Source: a virus
Direction: 5' to 3' (one strand)
Length of the DNA stretch: 64,000 nt
IMG/VR virus record: IMGVR_UViG_3300031857_000029
This document shows, piece after piece, positions 23,519-34,191 of this stretch. Below the pieces are notes generated by a model that saw only the letters and a program-made list of their open reading frames with translations, had not been told where the DNA came from and ran no database searches. Position 1 is the first letter of the stretch. Every line of letters begins with the position of its first letter. A program made the position numbers and the translations under genes.

Positions 23519-24530
23519 ACAAGCACTCACCTACGACGATATCCAGTTGATTCCTGCATACTCGGATATTGAATCTCGTCAGAATATTGACCTATCTACC
23601 CAATTGACTACTAATTATAGGATTAGGGTTCCACTTGTTGCATCTCCAATGGACACGGTATGTGATAGTGAAATGGCAATCGCAATGGCAGCACTTGGTG
23701 GAATTGGATGTATCCATCGTTTTTATACAATTGAAGAAGAAGCCGAACAGGTACTTAAGGTTGCCAATAATGTAAAGAACAAGGATTGGTTTACACCGCA
23801 TGTGATGGCAGCAGTCGGTGCTAATGGTGATTACTTAGAACGAGCACAAGAATTGGTTAAAAGCGGAGCCAATATTATTTTGATTGATGTTGCACACGGG
23901 TACCATAAGTTTGTAGTAGATGCAATTCGTACTATGAAGAACACTCTTCCTTCACATATTGATATTGTTGCAGGAAATGTTGCAACTGGTGATGCGGCTC
24001 TTAGGTTACAAGAAGAAGGAGCTGATGCAATTCGTGTTGGGATTGGTGGTGGGTCACTTTGTACTACCCGTATCAAAACGGGATTTGGTGTTCCAAATGT
24101 GACATCGTTGATTAATTGTTCACATGCAGTCCAAGTTCCGATTATCGCATGTGGTGGTATTCGGAATGGTGGTGACATTGCGAAGGCACTGGGAGTTGGA
24201 GCAAATTCCGTTATCCTCGGTTCACTTATCGCAGGAACGAAGGAAGCCCCAGGTCCAATGATTGAGAAGGCAAATGGGTTGTATAAGCGGTATCGTGGTG
24301 CGGCATCGTTGGAAACAAAGAGTATCCACGGTCAAGCAACACGGAATGTTGAAGGTGAATCAACTATCGTACCATTTAAGGGTAAGGTGAAGTTTGTGGT
24401 GGATGGACTTCTTGACGGATTGCGTTCTGCATTATCTTATGCTGGTGCAAACAATCTTCGGGAGTATTTTCCAGAATATGTGGTGGTGACTAATGCCGGG
24501 GTTCGTGAGGCACAACCACATTTACTCTAA
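23499..24530 (+). CDS. IMP dehydrogenase / GMP reductase family (no CBS domains)
   Basis: SPMDTV, IDVAHG, AGNVAT, GIGGGSLCTTR, KRYRGAAS, VEG. Confidence 0.9.
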   Translation: MTQLHGKQALTYDDIQLIPAYSDIESRQNIDLSTQLTTNYRIRVPLVASPMDTVCDSEMAIAMAALGGIGCIHRFYTIEEEAEQVLKVANNVKNKDWFTPHVMAAVGANGDYLERAQELVKSGANIILIDVAHGYHKFVVDAIRTMKNTLPSHIDIVAGNVATGDAALRLQEEGADAIRVGIGGGSLCTTRIKTGFGVPNVTSLINCSHAVQVPIIACGGIRNGGDIAKALGVGANSVILGSLIAGTKEAPGPMIEKANGLYKRYRGAASLETKSIHGQATRNVEGESTIVPFKGKVKFVVDGLLDGLRSALSYAGANNLREYFPEYVVVTNAGVREAQPHLL

Positions 24531-24541
24531 TAGGAGGATAT

Positions 24542-25069
24542 ATGAAGTACCTTTCTATTCTTACGGTAGCATTAATGGTTTTGTTAGCAGGGACAATTAA
24601 GAAGGTCCATATACCAGATGGCATCGTGCGGTCAGAACCAACAGAATTGGAAAAGTTCCTTGACCATATGGCGCAAAGGGAGAGCGACAATACTCCGCAT
24701 GTAGTTAATCGGTTTGGTATGATGGGAAAGTATCAATTTGACCCACGCACGGTTAAGGTGCTGGGGTTCAATATATCAAAGAATCAATTCCTACGCAATC
24801 CTGAATTACAGGACAGCGTGATGGTGAAGTATATGAGAGAGAATAACTCTCTACTGGACCGTATTATCGAAAATTACGAAGGTAAAAAGTTTAAGGGAGT
24901 TCGTATTACCCGTTCTGGTGTTCTCGCCGCCGCTCATTTGGCTGGTGCGGGGAATGTGAAGAAGTATTTTGTGAACGGAGATATGCATGGTCGAACGGAT
25001 GCAAACGGAACTTCAATTCGTGATTATTTAGAAGAATTCAACAAGTATAAATTACGGGAAAATTTCTAA
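24542..25069 (+). CDS. membrane-anchored lysozyme-like protein
   Basis: N-terminal TM; RES...N.FG.MGKYQF, LAAAHLAG. Confidence 0.6.
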   Translation: MKYLSILTVALMVLLAGTIKKVHIPDGIVRSEPTELEKFLDHMAQRESDNTPHVVNRFGMMGKYQFDPRTVKVLGFNISKNQFLRNPELQDSVMVKYMRENNSLLDRIIENYEGKKFKGVRITRSGVLAAAHLAGAGNVKKYFVNGDMHGRTDANGTSIRDYLEEFNKYKLRENF

Positions 25070-25362
25070 TGTTAATATTTTTGGTTGCACTCTTGACAAT
25101 TCTAGTTGCGGTGTTATCTTTCGCAACATATAACCTGTTAAGAAAGAACGAAGAATTAGAAGATGTCATCAATCAGTTTTATGGTCGAACAAATGCGACT
25201 GTAAGACTGATGAGGCATTTTGATGACCGTCAAATCTTTGAACAAGATGACGAAGTAGGAAATGTTTTTAAACAATTGGTAGAATGTGTAGATTTATTAT
25301 ACGCATTCGTTACGGAGACACGTAATGGCGACAACAACTCCAGCGAGGAAGAAGAACGATAA
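25069..25362 (+). CDS. single-TM hypothetical protein
   Basis: N-terminal hydrophobic helix; FEQDDEVG. Confidence 0.65.
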   Translation: MLIFLVALLTILVAVLSFATYNLLRKNEELEDVINQFYGRTNATVRLMRHFDDRQIFEQDDEVGNVFKQLVECVDLLYAFVTETRNGDNNSSEEEER

Positions 25363-26071
25363 GGTCTATTTCACAGAAGAAACTGAAAAGGCAATAATCG
25401 CATACAATAAATCTGAAGATTTAGATGTAAGAGAACAATTATTTAGAAGTAAAATACAAGGACCGCTTGATAAGCTAGCAGAGAATGTTATCAATCGGTT
25501 CAAATTTCCATATATGGAGGGTACCTTCGATGAAATCAAAGCGCAGGTAGTCTCCTTTCTGGTTATCAATCTTCATAAATTTACTGAAGATAAGGGTAAA
25601 GCGTTTTCATATTTTAGTGTTATTGCTAAAAATTATTTGATTTTACACAATAATAACTCCTATAAGGAAGAAAAACGAGTACTGTACTTCTCAGACCAAA
25701 CGGAAGATTCATTTAGTTTGGAAGAAATGCTTGTCGTAGAGCCGGAAACACGGGATTCTACAGTAGACATGAAGGAATTCCTAAAACTGTTGGTAGAATA
25801 CTGGGAATTCAATCTTGACCGCTTTTTTAAGAAGAAACGAGACAAGGAAATTGCAGCTGCGATAGTTAAACTCATCGAACGTATTGATAATATTGACAAT
25901 TTCAACAAAAAGGCCCTCTATCTTATGGTAAGGGAAATGACCAATTATAAGACTGCTCATATCACGAAGGTTATTAACAAGATGCGACCCCAAATTTTGA
26001 AGATGTTGAGGGAATTTAGACGAAACGGACATATTTCAGACCCTACTACATATTTCTCATATAAAAAGTAA
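25325..26071 (+). CDS. late-transcription sigma factor (T4 gp55-like)
   Basis: YFT...AIIAYN, LAENVINRFKF, LHKF...KGKAFSYFSVIAKNYLI (sigma region 2-like). Confidence 0.7.
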   Translation: MATTTPARKKNDKVYFTEETEKAIIAYNKSEDLDVREQLFRSKIQGPLDKLAENVINRFKFPYMEGTFDEIKAQVVSFLVINLHKFTEDKGKAFSYFSVIAKNYLILHNNNSYKEEKRVLYFSDQTEDSFSLEEMLVVEPETRDSTVDMKEFLKLLVEYWEFNLDRFFKKKRDKEIAAAIVKLIERIDNIDNFNKKALYLMVREMTNYKTAHITKVINKMRPQILKMLREFRRNGHISDPTTYFSYKK

Positions 26072-26098
26072 ATCCTATCTATTTATAATATAGGATTT
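26070..26098 (+). promoter_or_regulatory. hairpin with putative late-promoter motif
   Basis: AAATCCTAT-CTATTTATAAT-ATAGGATTT ahead of the baseplate operon. Confidence 0.6.
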
Positions 26099-26110
26099 TA
26101 GGGGGTCTTT

Positions 26111-26494
26111 ATGGATATCAATTCGGAACTGTATGATGGGAAGAGTTTAGCCGACATCTTCACCGAAATACACAAAAACACTGACAGTAAACGGGCACAA
26201 ATCAACTCGTTTATTATGAAAATGGTCCAACTCATTCGCACTCCAGAAGATGCGGCTGTGATTGGACCAATTGTGCAGGGATTCTTGGAAGTGAACGTCA
26301 AAAATGACGAACACTTGGTTCGTGTCGCACAAATTGCACAACGAATCGTGTCAGTTGGGGTCAAATCCAACGCATCATTAGAGGGATTACTATCAGAATC
26401 AGAGAAGGAAGCATTACTTAAGGATATCACAACGGAAATCCAAGACCTTCAAGAAGATGTGAAGGACTTGGATGATGTTTTTGCGGAGAAGTAA
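26111..26494 (+). CDS. hypothetical phage protein
   Basis: First ORF of the structural operon. Confidence 0.75.
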   Translation: MDINSELYDGKSLADIFTEIHKNTDSKRAQINSFIMKMVQLIRTPEDAAVIGPIVQGFLEVNVKNDEHLVRVAQIAQRIVSVGVKSNASLEGLLSESEKEALLKDITTEIQDLQEDVKDLDDVFAEK

Positions 26495-27871
26495 GTGTCA
26501 TCTTTTGGACCAACTGCATACAACATAGATATCAACCAACTGGGAGCTTCACAGTTCCCAAGATTTGCTGTATCACAACCAACCCCATATCAAGACGGAT
26601 TAGTTGAGGATGTTATTCTAAACGAGTTACACCCACAATACGCAGCTGATGGAAGTAATGTAGGTATGGTGCAAGTACGATTCATTCCAGGTGACCGTGG
26701 TGTTCCAAAAGAAAAATTAAACTGGGTAGCTCCGATAGACTCCAGTATACGAGAATATCCGTTAAAAAACGAACTAGTATTGGTGTTTTATTCATTAGGT
26801 AGATTGTTTTATACCCGTAGAATTAATTCTACAAACAAAACCACGGAAAGTTCTTGGCCAGGATTAAGTGAACGATTCTCGCCACAAGTTCGATCAGACA
26901 ATAGAAGTGATGCAGCTCAAATTGCTGCACAAGGTGGTACTCCATATCGTCCGTGGGGAATGAAACAACAATTTAGTTTGGGTGATGAATTTAGTGAAAA
27001 TCCTGCAGTTCGTATGGTTCGTCCAAATGAAGGTGATTTAATCATACAAGGACGATTTGGGAATACTGTTCGGTTTGGTTCTAGTTTGTTCAGTAATCCA
27101 AATACCGCATCACCACAACCAAATCTAATATTTTCGGTTGGGCAAAGTCCAAATAAGGTTACATCTATTGATATTAATAACGATGGTACTAACGAAACTG
27201 TTGCTGGGGGTCCATACGGATTAACCTACGAAGATATCAATAAAGATAAAAGTAGTTTTTGGATGGTAGTGGATGAAAAAATAGTACTTGACCCCGCAAC
27301 CAAATCTACTATAGCGCACCTACGGTCAACAGAATCATCCGACTCTACCAAATACACCGGAGCACAGATTTTTCTAAATTCTGATAGAGTCATTTTAAAC
27401 AGTAAAGTAAATGAAATATCGTTGTTTGCGAAAAAAGAAATCAACCTAAGTGCAGTAGAGTCAATTACGATAGATTCAGCAAAATCAGTGTTTATTACGG
27501 CAGAACGAGATATTGAAATATCCACGCCCAGAGATTTGGTACTCTCAGGCCGTTCTGTTAGTATAAATGTGACAAATGATATAGCTCAGGGAACCTCAGG
27601 AAACTACATAATATCGGGTAAAAAGATATTTATAGGGGCGTCACCAAACGATACAACACAACCAATGGTGTTGGGCGGTGAGTTGGCAGCATGGTTACAG
27701 AATTTAATGGACGCATTTATTGTAGAAATACCTAAATCTATTGCTACACTAAATCCAGTCCCATTTGTCAAAGCTATAACTGAATTACGGATAAAACTCG
27801 GAGCACCGGGCATTCCACAAGCGGCTATATTCAATAGTACTAGTAACTTTACTTCTAAAACTAACGACTGA
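26495..27871 (+). CDS. baseplate hub/spike protein (gp5-like)
   Basis: YPLKNELVLV OB-like N-terminus, EGDLIIQGRFGNTVRFGS, beta-repeat C-terminus, QPMVLG. Confidence 0.65.
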   Translation: MSSFGPTAYNIDINQLGASQFPRFAVSQPTPYQDGLVEDVILNELHPQYAADGSNVGMVQVRFIPGDRGVPKEKLNWVAPIDSSIREYPLKNELVLVFYSLGRLFYTRRINSTNKTTESSWPGLSERFSPQVRSDNRSDAAQIAAQGGTPYRPWGMKQQFSLGDEFSENPAVRMVRPNEGDLIIQGRFGNTVRFGSSLFSNPNTASPQPNLIFSVGQSPNKVTSIDINNDGTNETVAGGPYGLTYEDINKDKSSFWMVVDEKIVLDPATKSTIAHLRSTESSDSTKYTGAQIFLNSDRVILNSKVNEISLFAKKEINLSAVESITIDSAKSVFITAERDIEISTPRDLVLSGRSVSINVTNDIAQGTSGNYIISGKKIFIGASPNDTTQPMVLGGELAAWLQNLMDAFIVEIPKSIATLNPVPFVKAITELRIKLGAPGIPQAAIFNSTSNFTSKTND

Positions 27872-27873
27872 TT

Positions 27874-28428
27874 ATGGCAATACCTAGTAACTTATTACCA
27901 ATAAATAATCCGTTTAGAGCAGAGGTAGAGGAACTTCCAACTATATCACCACCAACTACTGGAGTTTCGGGAGTACCAAGTAATTTACTACCAGTTAACA
28001 CCAGTAATATTTCTGGTTCGTTCCAATCGTTGGCGGGAAATATACCAACAGCTAATATACCCGAAATACCACAGTTTTCAATACTAAACACGGTTATACC
28101 AGATAGATTATTTACTACGGGAAGTATTGACCAAGTTAGAGCACGAACCCTAAATGCAGCAAGTACATATACCGGTGGGTTACCGGCATTACCAACGCTT
28201 CCAACAGTAAATTCATTTATACCATCAAGACCTCGAATACCATCATACGGTCAAATTAAGAACTATATCAAAACTAAGATAGACAGAATTAAACAACGAA
28301 AACAACAAGCATCTGTAAAAGCATTAGATTCAGAACTTAAAAAACAAGAAAATCCGTTCAAGTATAGACAGTCGTTAAAAAACCAAGAAACAAAAAGCAC
28401 GGTTCTTGGACGATTTAATAACCAGTAG
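27874..28428 (+). CDS. Pro-rich hypothetical protein
   Basis: Repeated PSNLLP.N; in the baseplate operon. Confidence 0.65.
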   Translation: MAIPSNLLPINNPFRAEVEELPTISPPTTGVSGVPSNLLPVNTSNISGSFQSLAGNIPTANIPEIPQFSILNTVIPDRLFTTGSIDQVRARTLNAASTYTGGLPALPTLPTVNSFIPSRPRIPSYGQIKNYIKTKIDRIKQRKQQASVKALDSELKKQENPFKYRQSLKNQETKSTVLGRFNNQ

Positions 28429-28439
28429 AGGGTAATATT

Positions 28440-28796
28440 ATGGATAAAGCATTATTCAGAGCGTATGTCAAGGAATTGGTCAAAGAACAAATTGAAGAAT
28501 CGGTTGAAAAGGCCGTAAAAAAGATTCTTCCAGAAGTTCTTGGGGAAGCTATTGCAGAAATTAAGAGTAGTCAACCAAATAAGGTAAACGAAGCAGCTAC
28601 TGCTAAACCAAAACTTTCTCGTAGTCAACTAGCTGCAATGATGGGACTAGAACGCCATGGTGATACCATTACGGCAACATCAAAGAATGTGGGTCCAGTA
28701 ATGCAAGCTCCACAAGGTATGACTGAAGATAATCCTACGCTACAAGCTATCAATAGAGACTATTCTGCTCTAATGAAAGCAATGAAGTTGACCTGA
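28440..28796 (+). CDS. hypothetical phage protein
   Basis: Ends AINRDYSALMKAM. Confidence 0.7.
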   Translation: MDKALFRAYVKELVKEQIEESVEKAVKKILPEVLGEAIAEIKSSQPNKVNEAATAKPKLSRSQLAAMMGLERHGDTITATSKNVGPVMQAPQGMTEDNPTLQAINRDYSALMKAMKLT

Positions 28797-28808
28797 TTGG
28801 AGATATAA

Positions 28809-29294
28809 ATGGCTCAGAAGTTTATTGGTATCACATTACCAGTTCGGTTAGGACAAACAGGAATGTTTGACCAATCAACAACGGTAATTCAACAAGTTCG
28901 TTCTAACTTTAAGAATTTGATTCTTACGAAGAAGGGAGAACGGGTTGGGCAACCAGATTTGGGGTGCGACTTGTGGAAAATATTATTTGAACCATTAACT
29001 GAAGAGACATTAGAAAATGCTCGATTAGCAGTAGCGGAAGCAGTAGACCGGTGGTTACCATTTATTGAATTAATAGATTTTCAAATTACTAAAACAGATG
29101 ATGAAAATATTATCAGTATAAAATGTTTATACAGATTCAGAAATAACCCAAATGTAACCGACCAAATAACATTAGCAGCACAACAATTTGGTGCACCAAC
29201 AGTTGGGTTTACAGAAGTTCCAGAAGATGCTGTACCTACACAAGCAGAAATTACAGCGCTTGAAAACGCTCGTCGTATTAGAAGACTTAATTAA
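28809..29294 (+). CDS. baseplate wedge subunit (gp25-like)
   Basis: NLILTKKGERVGQPDLGCDLWKILFEP, RWLPFI. Confidence 0.9.
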   Translation: MAQKFIGITLPVRLGQTGMFDQSTTVIQQVRSNFKNLILTKKGERVGQPDLGCDLWKILFEPLTEETLENARLAVAEAVDRWLPFIELIDFQITKTDDENIISIKCLYRFRNNPNVTDQITLAAQQFGAPTVGFTEVPEDAVPTQAEITALENARRIRRLN

Positions 29295-29307
29295 TTTGGA
29301 GTTTTAA

Positions 29308-31233
29308 ATGGCAACAAATCAATCAGTAATTATACAACCAAGACCAAATGTCAAGCAAATTAATTATGTCTCAAAGACGTTCACGGACTTTAGACAAAAC
29401 TTAATAGAATTTGCTAAAGCATATTACCCAAACGCATACTCAGATTTTAATGAAACTTCACCTGGTATGATGTTTATTGAAATGGCATCATATATTGGTG
29501 ATGTCCTTTCATTTTATATTGATAATCAATTTAAAGAAAACTTGTTAGCATATGCTGAACAACAAGAAAATGTCATTTCTATCTCACAATTCCTCGGATA
29601 CAAACCAAAATTAGTTTCACCGTCTACAGTGGTAGCAACATTATATCAATTAGCACCAGCAATACTTGATAATGGTGTTTATGTACCGGACCCACGATAT
29701 TTGATTAAAGTAGCACGGGGAAGTACATTCACTACAAGCGGACAAACCTCAGTTCAATTCAGATTGGGTGAGGATGTATATTTCTCAGACATTACCGCAG
29801 AAAACTATATAATTAATACATTTACTGGTGGTGGTAATCCTGACACATTTATTGTTAGTAAACCGGCCCTATTGGTATCAGCTGAAGAAAGAACAACCAC
29901 ATTTTCTTTTGGAAGCGCACAAAAGTTTACCTCTGTACTAATGCCAGAGGAATCTATCATTGGTATTGAAAGTGTGGTTGATTCGAACGGTAATACTTGG
30001 TACGAAGTTGACTACTTAGCACAAGATGTGATTATGGATGACCTAGATGTTACTGATAATGGTGAAACAGGAATTTTACCATCATCTAAGTTACGACTTC
30101 GCAGAGTTCCTCGCAGATTTGTTACCAGACTGAACAGAGATTCACGAATGGAATTAGTCTTTGGTTCGGGAACCGATAACGAAGCCGAAGTAAATACGAC
30201 ATTAGACTCTAGACAAGTAGCAAATTCTCAGTATGGAAATACTATAGAAGATACATTAGGTAATGTAGCTATTAATAATGTAAACTTTCTTAATAGCAAT
30301 GCTTACGGAATAGCTCCAGCGAACATAACACTAACAGTAACTTATTTGGTTGGCGGTGGGGTAAATGCCAATACTCCTTCCAATACAATTAATGTTGTAG
30401 CTGAAACAACCACATTAAATGACACAACGGATTATACACAAGCAGAACTTAGTACATTTAATGCAGCAGTGCAAAGTATCACTATTAACAACGACCTACC
30501 AGCTACTGGCGGTGGTGAAGGTGAATCTATAGACGAAATTCGTGAAAACGCATTGGCGTTCTTTAATGCACAAAATCGTGTAGTTACTGTAGAAGATTAT
30601 GCAGTTCGTTCTTACGCACTACCTTCACGGTTTGGTCGTATAGCAAAAGCCTTTGCAGTAAGAGATGAACAGATTAACAGAATATTAGCAGCACAAAATG
30701 ACAAAGTGTATGTAGATAATCCAGTGCGTCCAAATGTAATAAACTTGTACACATTAGGATATGATACTAATGGTAATTTAGATGAATTAAATACATTGGT
30801 TAAAGAAAATTTAGCACGATATCTTGAACAGTTTAGAATGTTAACCGATGATGTTAATATTCTCGATGCATTTATTATCAATATCGGCGTACAATTTGAC
30901 ATCTCTGTACTAAGAAATTACAATGTAAATGATGTTGTCGCACGAAGTATTGGGGCTGTACAAGATTTTTTTGATACAAGTAAATGGAACATCAATCAAC
31001 CAATCATCTTAGCAGATTTGTCATACAATATTGGATTGGTAGAGGGGGTCCAGACAGTAAAGAGTGTTCGTATCTTCAACAGATATGAATACAGAGATGG
31101 TCTTGGATATCAAAATTATCGATATAATATTGACGAAGCCACAATCAATGGGGTTATCTATCCAAGTCTCGACCCAAGTATCTTTGAGTTGAAATATCCA
31201 ACAACTGATATTATAGGAAACGCTACCCAATGA
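29308..31233 (+). CDS. baseplate wedge subunit (gp6-like)
   Basis: YSDFNETSPGMMFIEMASYIGDVLSFY, FGSG, GGGEGESIDEIRENA...QNRVVTVEDY. Confidence 0.88.
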   Translation: MATNQSVIIQPRPNVKQINYVSKTFTDFRQNLIEFAKAYYPNAYSDFNETSPGMMFIEMASYIGDVLSFYIDNQFKENLLAYAEQQENVISISQFLGYKPKLVSPSTVVATLYQLAPAILDNGVYVPDPRYLIKVARGSTFTTSGQTSVQFRLGEDVYFSDITAENYIINTFTGGGNPDTFIVSKPALLVSAEERTTTFSFGSAQKFTSVLMPEESIIGIESVVDSNGNTWYEVDYLAQDVIMDDLDVTDNGETGILPSSKLRLRRVPRRFVTRLNRDSRMELVFGSGTDNEAEVNTTLDSRQVANSQYGNTIEDTLGNVAINNVNFLNSNAYGIAPANITLTVTYLVGGGVNANTPSNTINVVAETTTLNDTTDYTQAELSTFNAAVQSITINNDLPATGGGEGESIDEIRENALAFFNAQNRVVTVEDYAVRSYALPSRFGRIAKAFAVRDEQINRILAAQNDKVYVDNPVRPNVINLYTLGYDTNGNLDELNTLVKENLARYLEQFRMLTDDVNILDAFIINIGVQFDISVLRNYNVNDVVARSIGAVQDFFDTSKWNINQPIILADLSYNIGLVEGVQTVKSVRIFNRYEYRDGLGYQNYRYNIDEATINGVIYPSLDPSIFELKYPTTDIIGNATQ

Positions 31234-32270
31234 GAACCATATTAACCGCCAGTAAAGATACTACATTATACCAAGCGTTTGTAAACAACAACGCTGGATT
31301 AGATGAAATACTTGAAATAGGTAAGGTCATAGATATATCCGAACCTACTAGCTCGACTGCATATGCAACGGGTTCAGCGCGGTCGTTGCTATATTTTGAA
31401 TTACCAACCACAGCAAGTGTACCAGCAACCGCTAGTTATTTCTTGAACTTAAAGTTAGCAAATGCAGATAATGTTAAGAGAAATCAACAAATTCTTATTT
31501 ATAAAGTTTCTCGGTCGTGGGATGAAGGTAGTGGATTCTTTTATCAAGATATAGAAAATGTAGAAGACGGTGCATCGTGGGCAAGATGTACTTCTGCGGT
31601 GTCGTGGAGTAGTGCGGGTGGTGATTTCTTAACGGGGTCAACTAGCCAAAGTGTCGTTCTATCATCATACCCACTTCAAGATATTCGCGTAGATGTTACA
31701 AACATTCTACAACCATTCGTTAGTCAATCTATACAAAATACCTTTCATGGGTTGGGATTACGTTTTCCAATTGCCGATGAACAAGATTCTACAAATAAAG
31801 GAAATATTAAAATATTTTCAACACAAACGCACACTATACATCAACCAACATTAGAAGTTGTATGGGAAACACAAACAGTAGTCACGGGAAGTTTATTACC
31901 AATTTCAACACTAAATGTAAAAGTTGTTGCATCTAATTTACGAGAAACATATACAAAAGGTGATGTCGATAAGGTAACTTTGGTAGTTCGTGACCAATAC
32001 CCATTAAAATCATTTGATTCTGTGCTACGATATAAGAACAAGTATTACTTACCAACATCATCATATTTTTCTGTGGTCGATGTACAAAGCAACACAACTG
32101 TTATACCATTTGATAACTATAGTAAAATAAACACCGACGCAACAGGATCGTATGTAATTCTCGATACAGCACCACTATACCCAGGCAGATTTTATACATT
32201 AAAATTAAAAGTTGTAAACGGCGATTATTCTAGAGTAATCGACACCGACACTCTATTTAAAGTTAAATAA
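31230..32270 (+). CDS. virion structural protein
   Basis: KDTTLY, WDEGSG, GASW, PTLEVVW (DNRLRE-like); baseplate context. Confidence 0.6.
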   Translation: MRTILTASKDTTLYQAFVNNNAGLDEILEIGKVIDISEPTSSTAYATGSARSLLYFELPTTASVPATASYFLNLKLANADNVKRNQQILIYKVSRSWDEGSGFFYQDIENVEDGASWARCTSAVSWSSAGGDFLTGSTSQSVVLSSYPLQDIRVDVTNILQPFVSQSIQNTFHGLGLRFPIADEQDSTNKGNIKIFSTQTHTIHQPTLEVVWETQTVVTGSLLPISTLNVKVVASNLRETYTKGDVDKVTLVVRDQYPLKSFDSVLRYKNKYYLPTSSYFSVVDVQSNTTVIPFDNYSKINTDATGSYVILDTAPLYPGRFYTLKLKVVNGDYSRVIDTDTLFKVK

Positions 32271-32273
32271 TTT

Positions 32274-32549
32274 ATGGCAACAACATTTTTATCAAGTAGT
32301 GTTAGTCCAGATAGTGGAAGTATAGTCAATAAAGAACAGATTGATATCTCATTGTCTTTATTTGATGTGTCAGCATCTGGACAAAGTGCATCAATCCATA
32401 CTAATTATTCGGCAACAGTGCAAACCGTGACGTTGCCCGAAGAAGGATTGATGGACCGTAGTGTATATTACACTCCAATTTACAAAGAAAAGTTGGACTA
32501 TAATGTATGGTTAACCAGAATCAATAAAAATTTTGAAGAGTTAGACTAA
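32274..32549 (+). CDS. hypothetical structural protein
   Basis: Operon-coupled ORF. Confidence 0.6.
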   Translation: MATTFLSSSVSPDSGSIVNKEQIDISLSLFDVSASGQSASIHTNYSATVQTVTLPEEGLMDRSVYYTPIYKEKLDYNVWLTRINKNFEELD

Positions 32550-33424
32550 TGGCAGAACAGCAAAATTACCAAAGTAACCTACAAGAACTATCAGATGCGT
32601 ATACTAGATATACGGTGTCTCGTATTATAGCAAATAAAAAAGATGATTTACTTGATATGGAGGTTCCGGCGGATTTTTCTGAAGCGTTACTCCAAAATAA
32701 TGTTGAAATTAACTTATATAGTTTATCCGATAATTCTATAATATTTTCAGATGTTGTGCGAAATGTTAGTGGTTCAATCTTCACCGAAACATTACAATAT
32801 AATGACAACAGTTTGCGTAAGTTATTATATATTGATTTTGCTAAAGTACCAGGATTAGATTTACCGTCTGGGCAATATTCAGTTACACTTAACTTTTTTG
32901 CAGATGAAATCGGTGCATACGACAATAGAATCTTAAAAGTCAATAGAATATCAACATCACGCACCGAAGTAGAATTAAAATTAACCGATACCACACAACA
33001 AAAAGTATTAGAACAATTTGCAACCCCATTAATACCGGCAGAATTTATAAAACCAATATTACGTCAAATCTTTAACCAAGAAGGGTCAGACGAATTAGTA
33101 CTACCAACCAGCCCAATAAAAATTAATAGTGCATCACTCTATCAAAACTTTGCAAGTGGGTCTGGTGAAAAGCTTATTCAATATAATTTTGACGATGATG
33201 ATGGAAGTCGTATTGGTATTAATACTATTATGCAAAACGTACTTGATGATGCGTATCCGATTGCATTACAAACTGTAGAAGATATGGTGTTGTTATCGGG
33301 TAGTACCAGTTTCACCGAAACAGAGTTGTCTGAATATGTTGTCAACGCAATTGATATCGCGTATGATGCTGCACTAAATGATGAAGCACAAAATCCACAA
33401 AATTATCGGTTTGACTTAATATGA
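32549..33424 (+). CDS. hypothetical structural protein
   Basis: ISTSRTEVEL motif; operon context. Confidence 0.65.
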   Translation: MAEQQNYQSNLQELSDAYTRYTVSRIIANKKDDLLDMEVPADFSEALLQNNVEINLYSLSDNSIIFSDVVRNVSGSIFTETLQYNDNSLRKLLYIDFAKVPGLDLPSGQYSVTLNFFADEIGAYDNRILKVNRISTSRTEVELKLTDTTQQKVLEQFATPLIPAEFIKPILRQIFNQEGSDELVLPTSPIKINSASLYQNFASGSGEKLIQYNFDDDDGSRIGINTIMQNVLDDAYPIALQTVEDMVLLSGSTSFTETELSEYVVNAIDIAYDAALNDEAQNPQNYRFDLI

Positions 33425-34185
33425 GTACTTACAATATCCGTGAAAAATTTTCGTATGTATTAGCTACGAGTAGTATTGAATATATCAGAAACTATAATTT
33501 TAATACTTCCACGGTCACTGATATTCCTTTGGCTATGGCAAATAGTGATACGGAAGTGCCTATTACGGTCAACATAACCACCACAGTACCGTGGATACAA
33601 ATTGTTAACCCCACAACTGGGGCTAATTTAAAATTCCCAAGTGGAAATGTTGTATTAGGGCCTACAAGTACTAGTGTAGTTTTGGTAAAAATTGATTTAC
33701 CGCCTGAAATAGAAAATGTACCATCCTCGTCGATATATCCAGACATAAGTTTAGATATTAAGTCGGGTAGTTTTCCTATAATATCTCCTCCTGCGCCAAC
33801 GGGTAGTCAAGCAAATAATAAAAATACTATAACGGTACCACAAAGTACTTATACAATAGACCCAGGCGAACGGGTTCAAGTCGATATTACTGTATATGAT
33901 GTTGATGGTAATCCAGTTAAGAATGTACCAGATGTAGTTTGGAAGTCAAATAATACAAGTATTGTTCAAGTAGAAGAACCAGAGAATACTCAAATAGATT
34001 ACAATCCATATACTCCACGAATTATACGAGGTATATCTTCTGGAGAAACAACGGTTACTATTACCGCAGGACCAGAAAGAGAAACTAGTATAACCTTTAT
34101 TGTACGAGACACTTCATCATCAGCTGGTCCACAACAACCAGGCGATGGGCAAAATCAACCCAGAACTTCTACAGTGGTCGAGTAA
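33421..34185 (+). CDS. Ig-like domain virion protein
   Basis: VVWKSNNTSIVQV...GISSGETTVTIT (Big_2-like). Confidence 0.65.
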   Translation: MSTYNIREKFSYVLATSSIEYIRNYNFNTSTVTDIPLAMANSDTEVPITVNITTTVPWIQIVNPTTGANLKFPSGNVVLGPTSTSVVLVKIDLPPEIENVPSSSIYPDISLDIKSGSFPIISPPAPTGSQANNKNTITVPQSTYTIDPGERVQVDITVYDVDGNPVKNVPDVVWKSNNTSIVQVEEPENTQIDYNPYTPRIIRGISSGETTVTITAGPERETSITFIVRDTSSSAGPQQPGDGQNQPRTSTVVE

Positions 34186-34191
34186 TATAAC

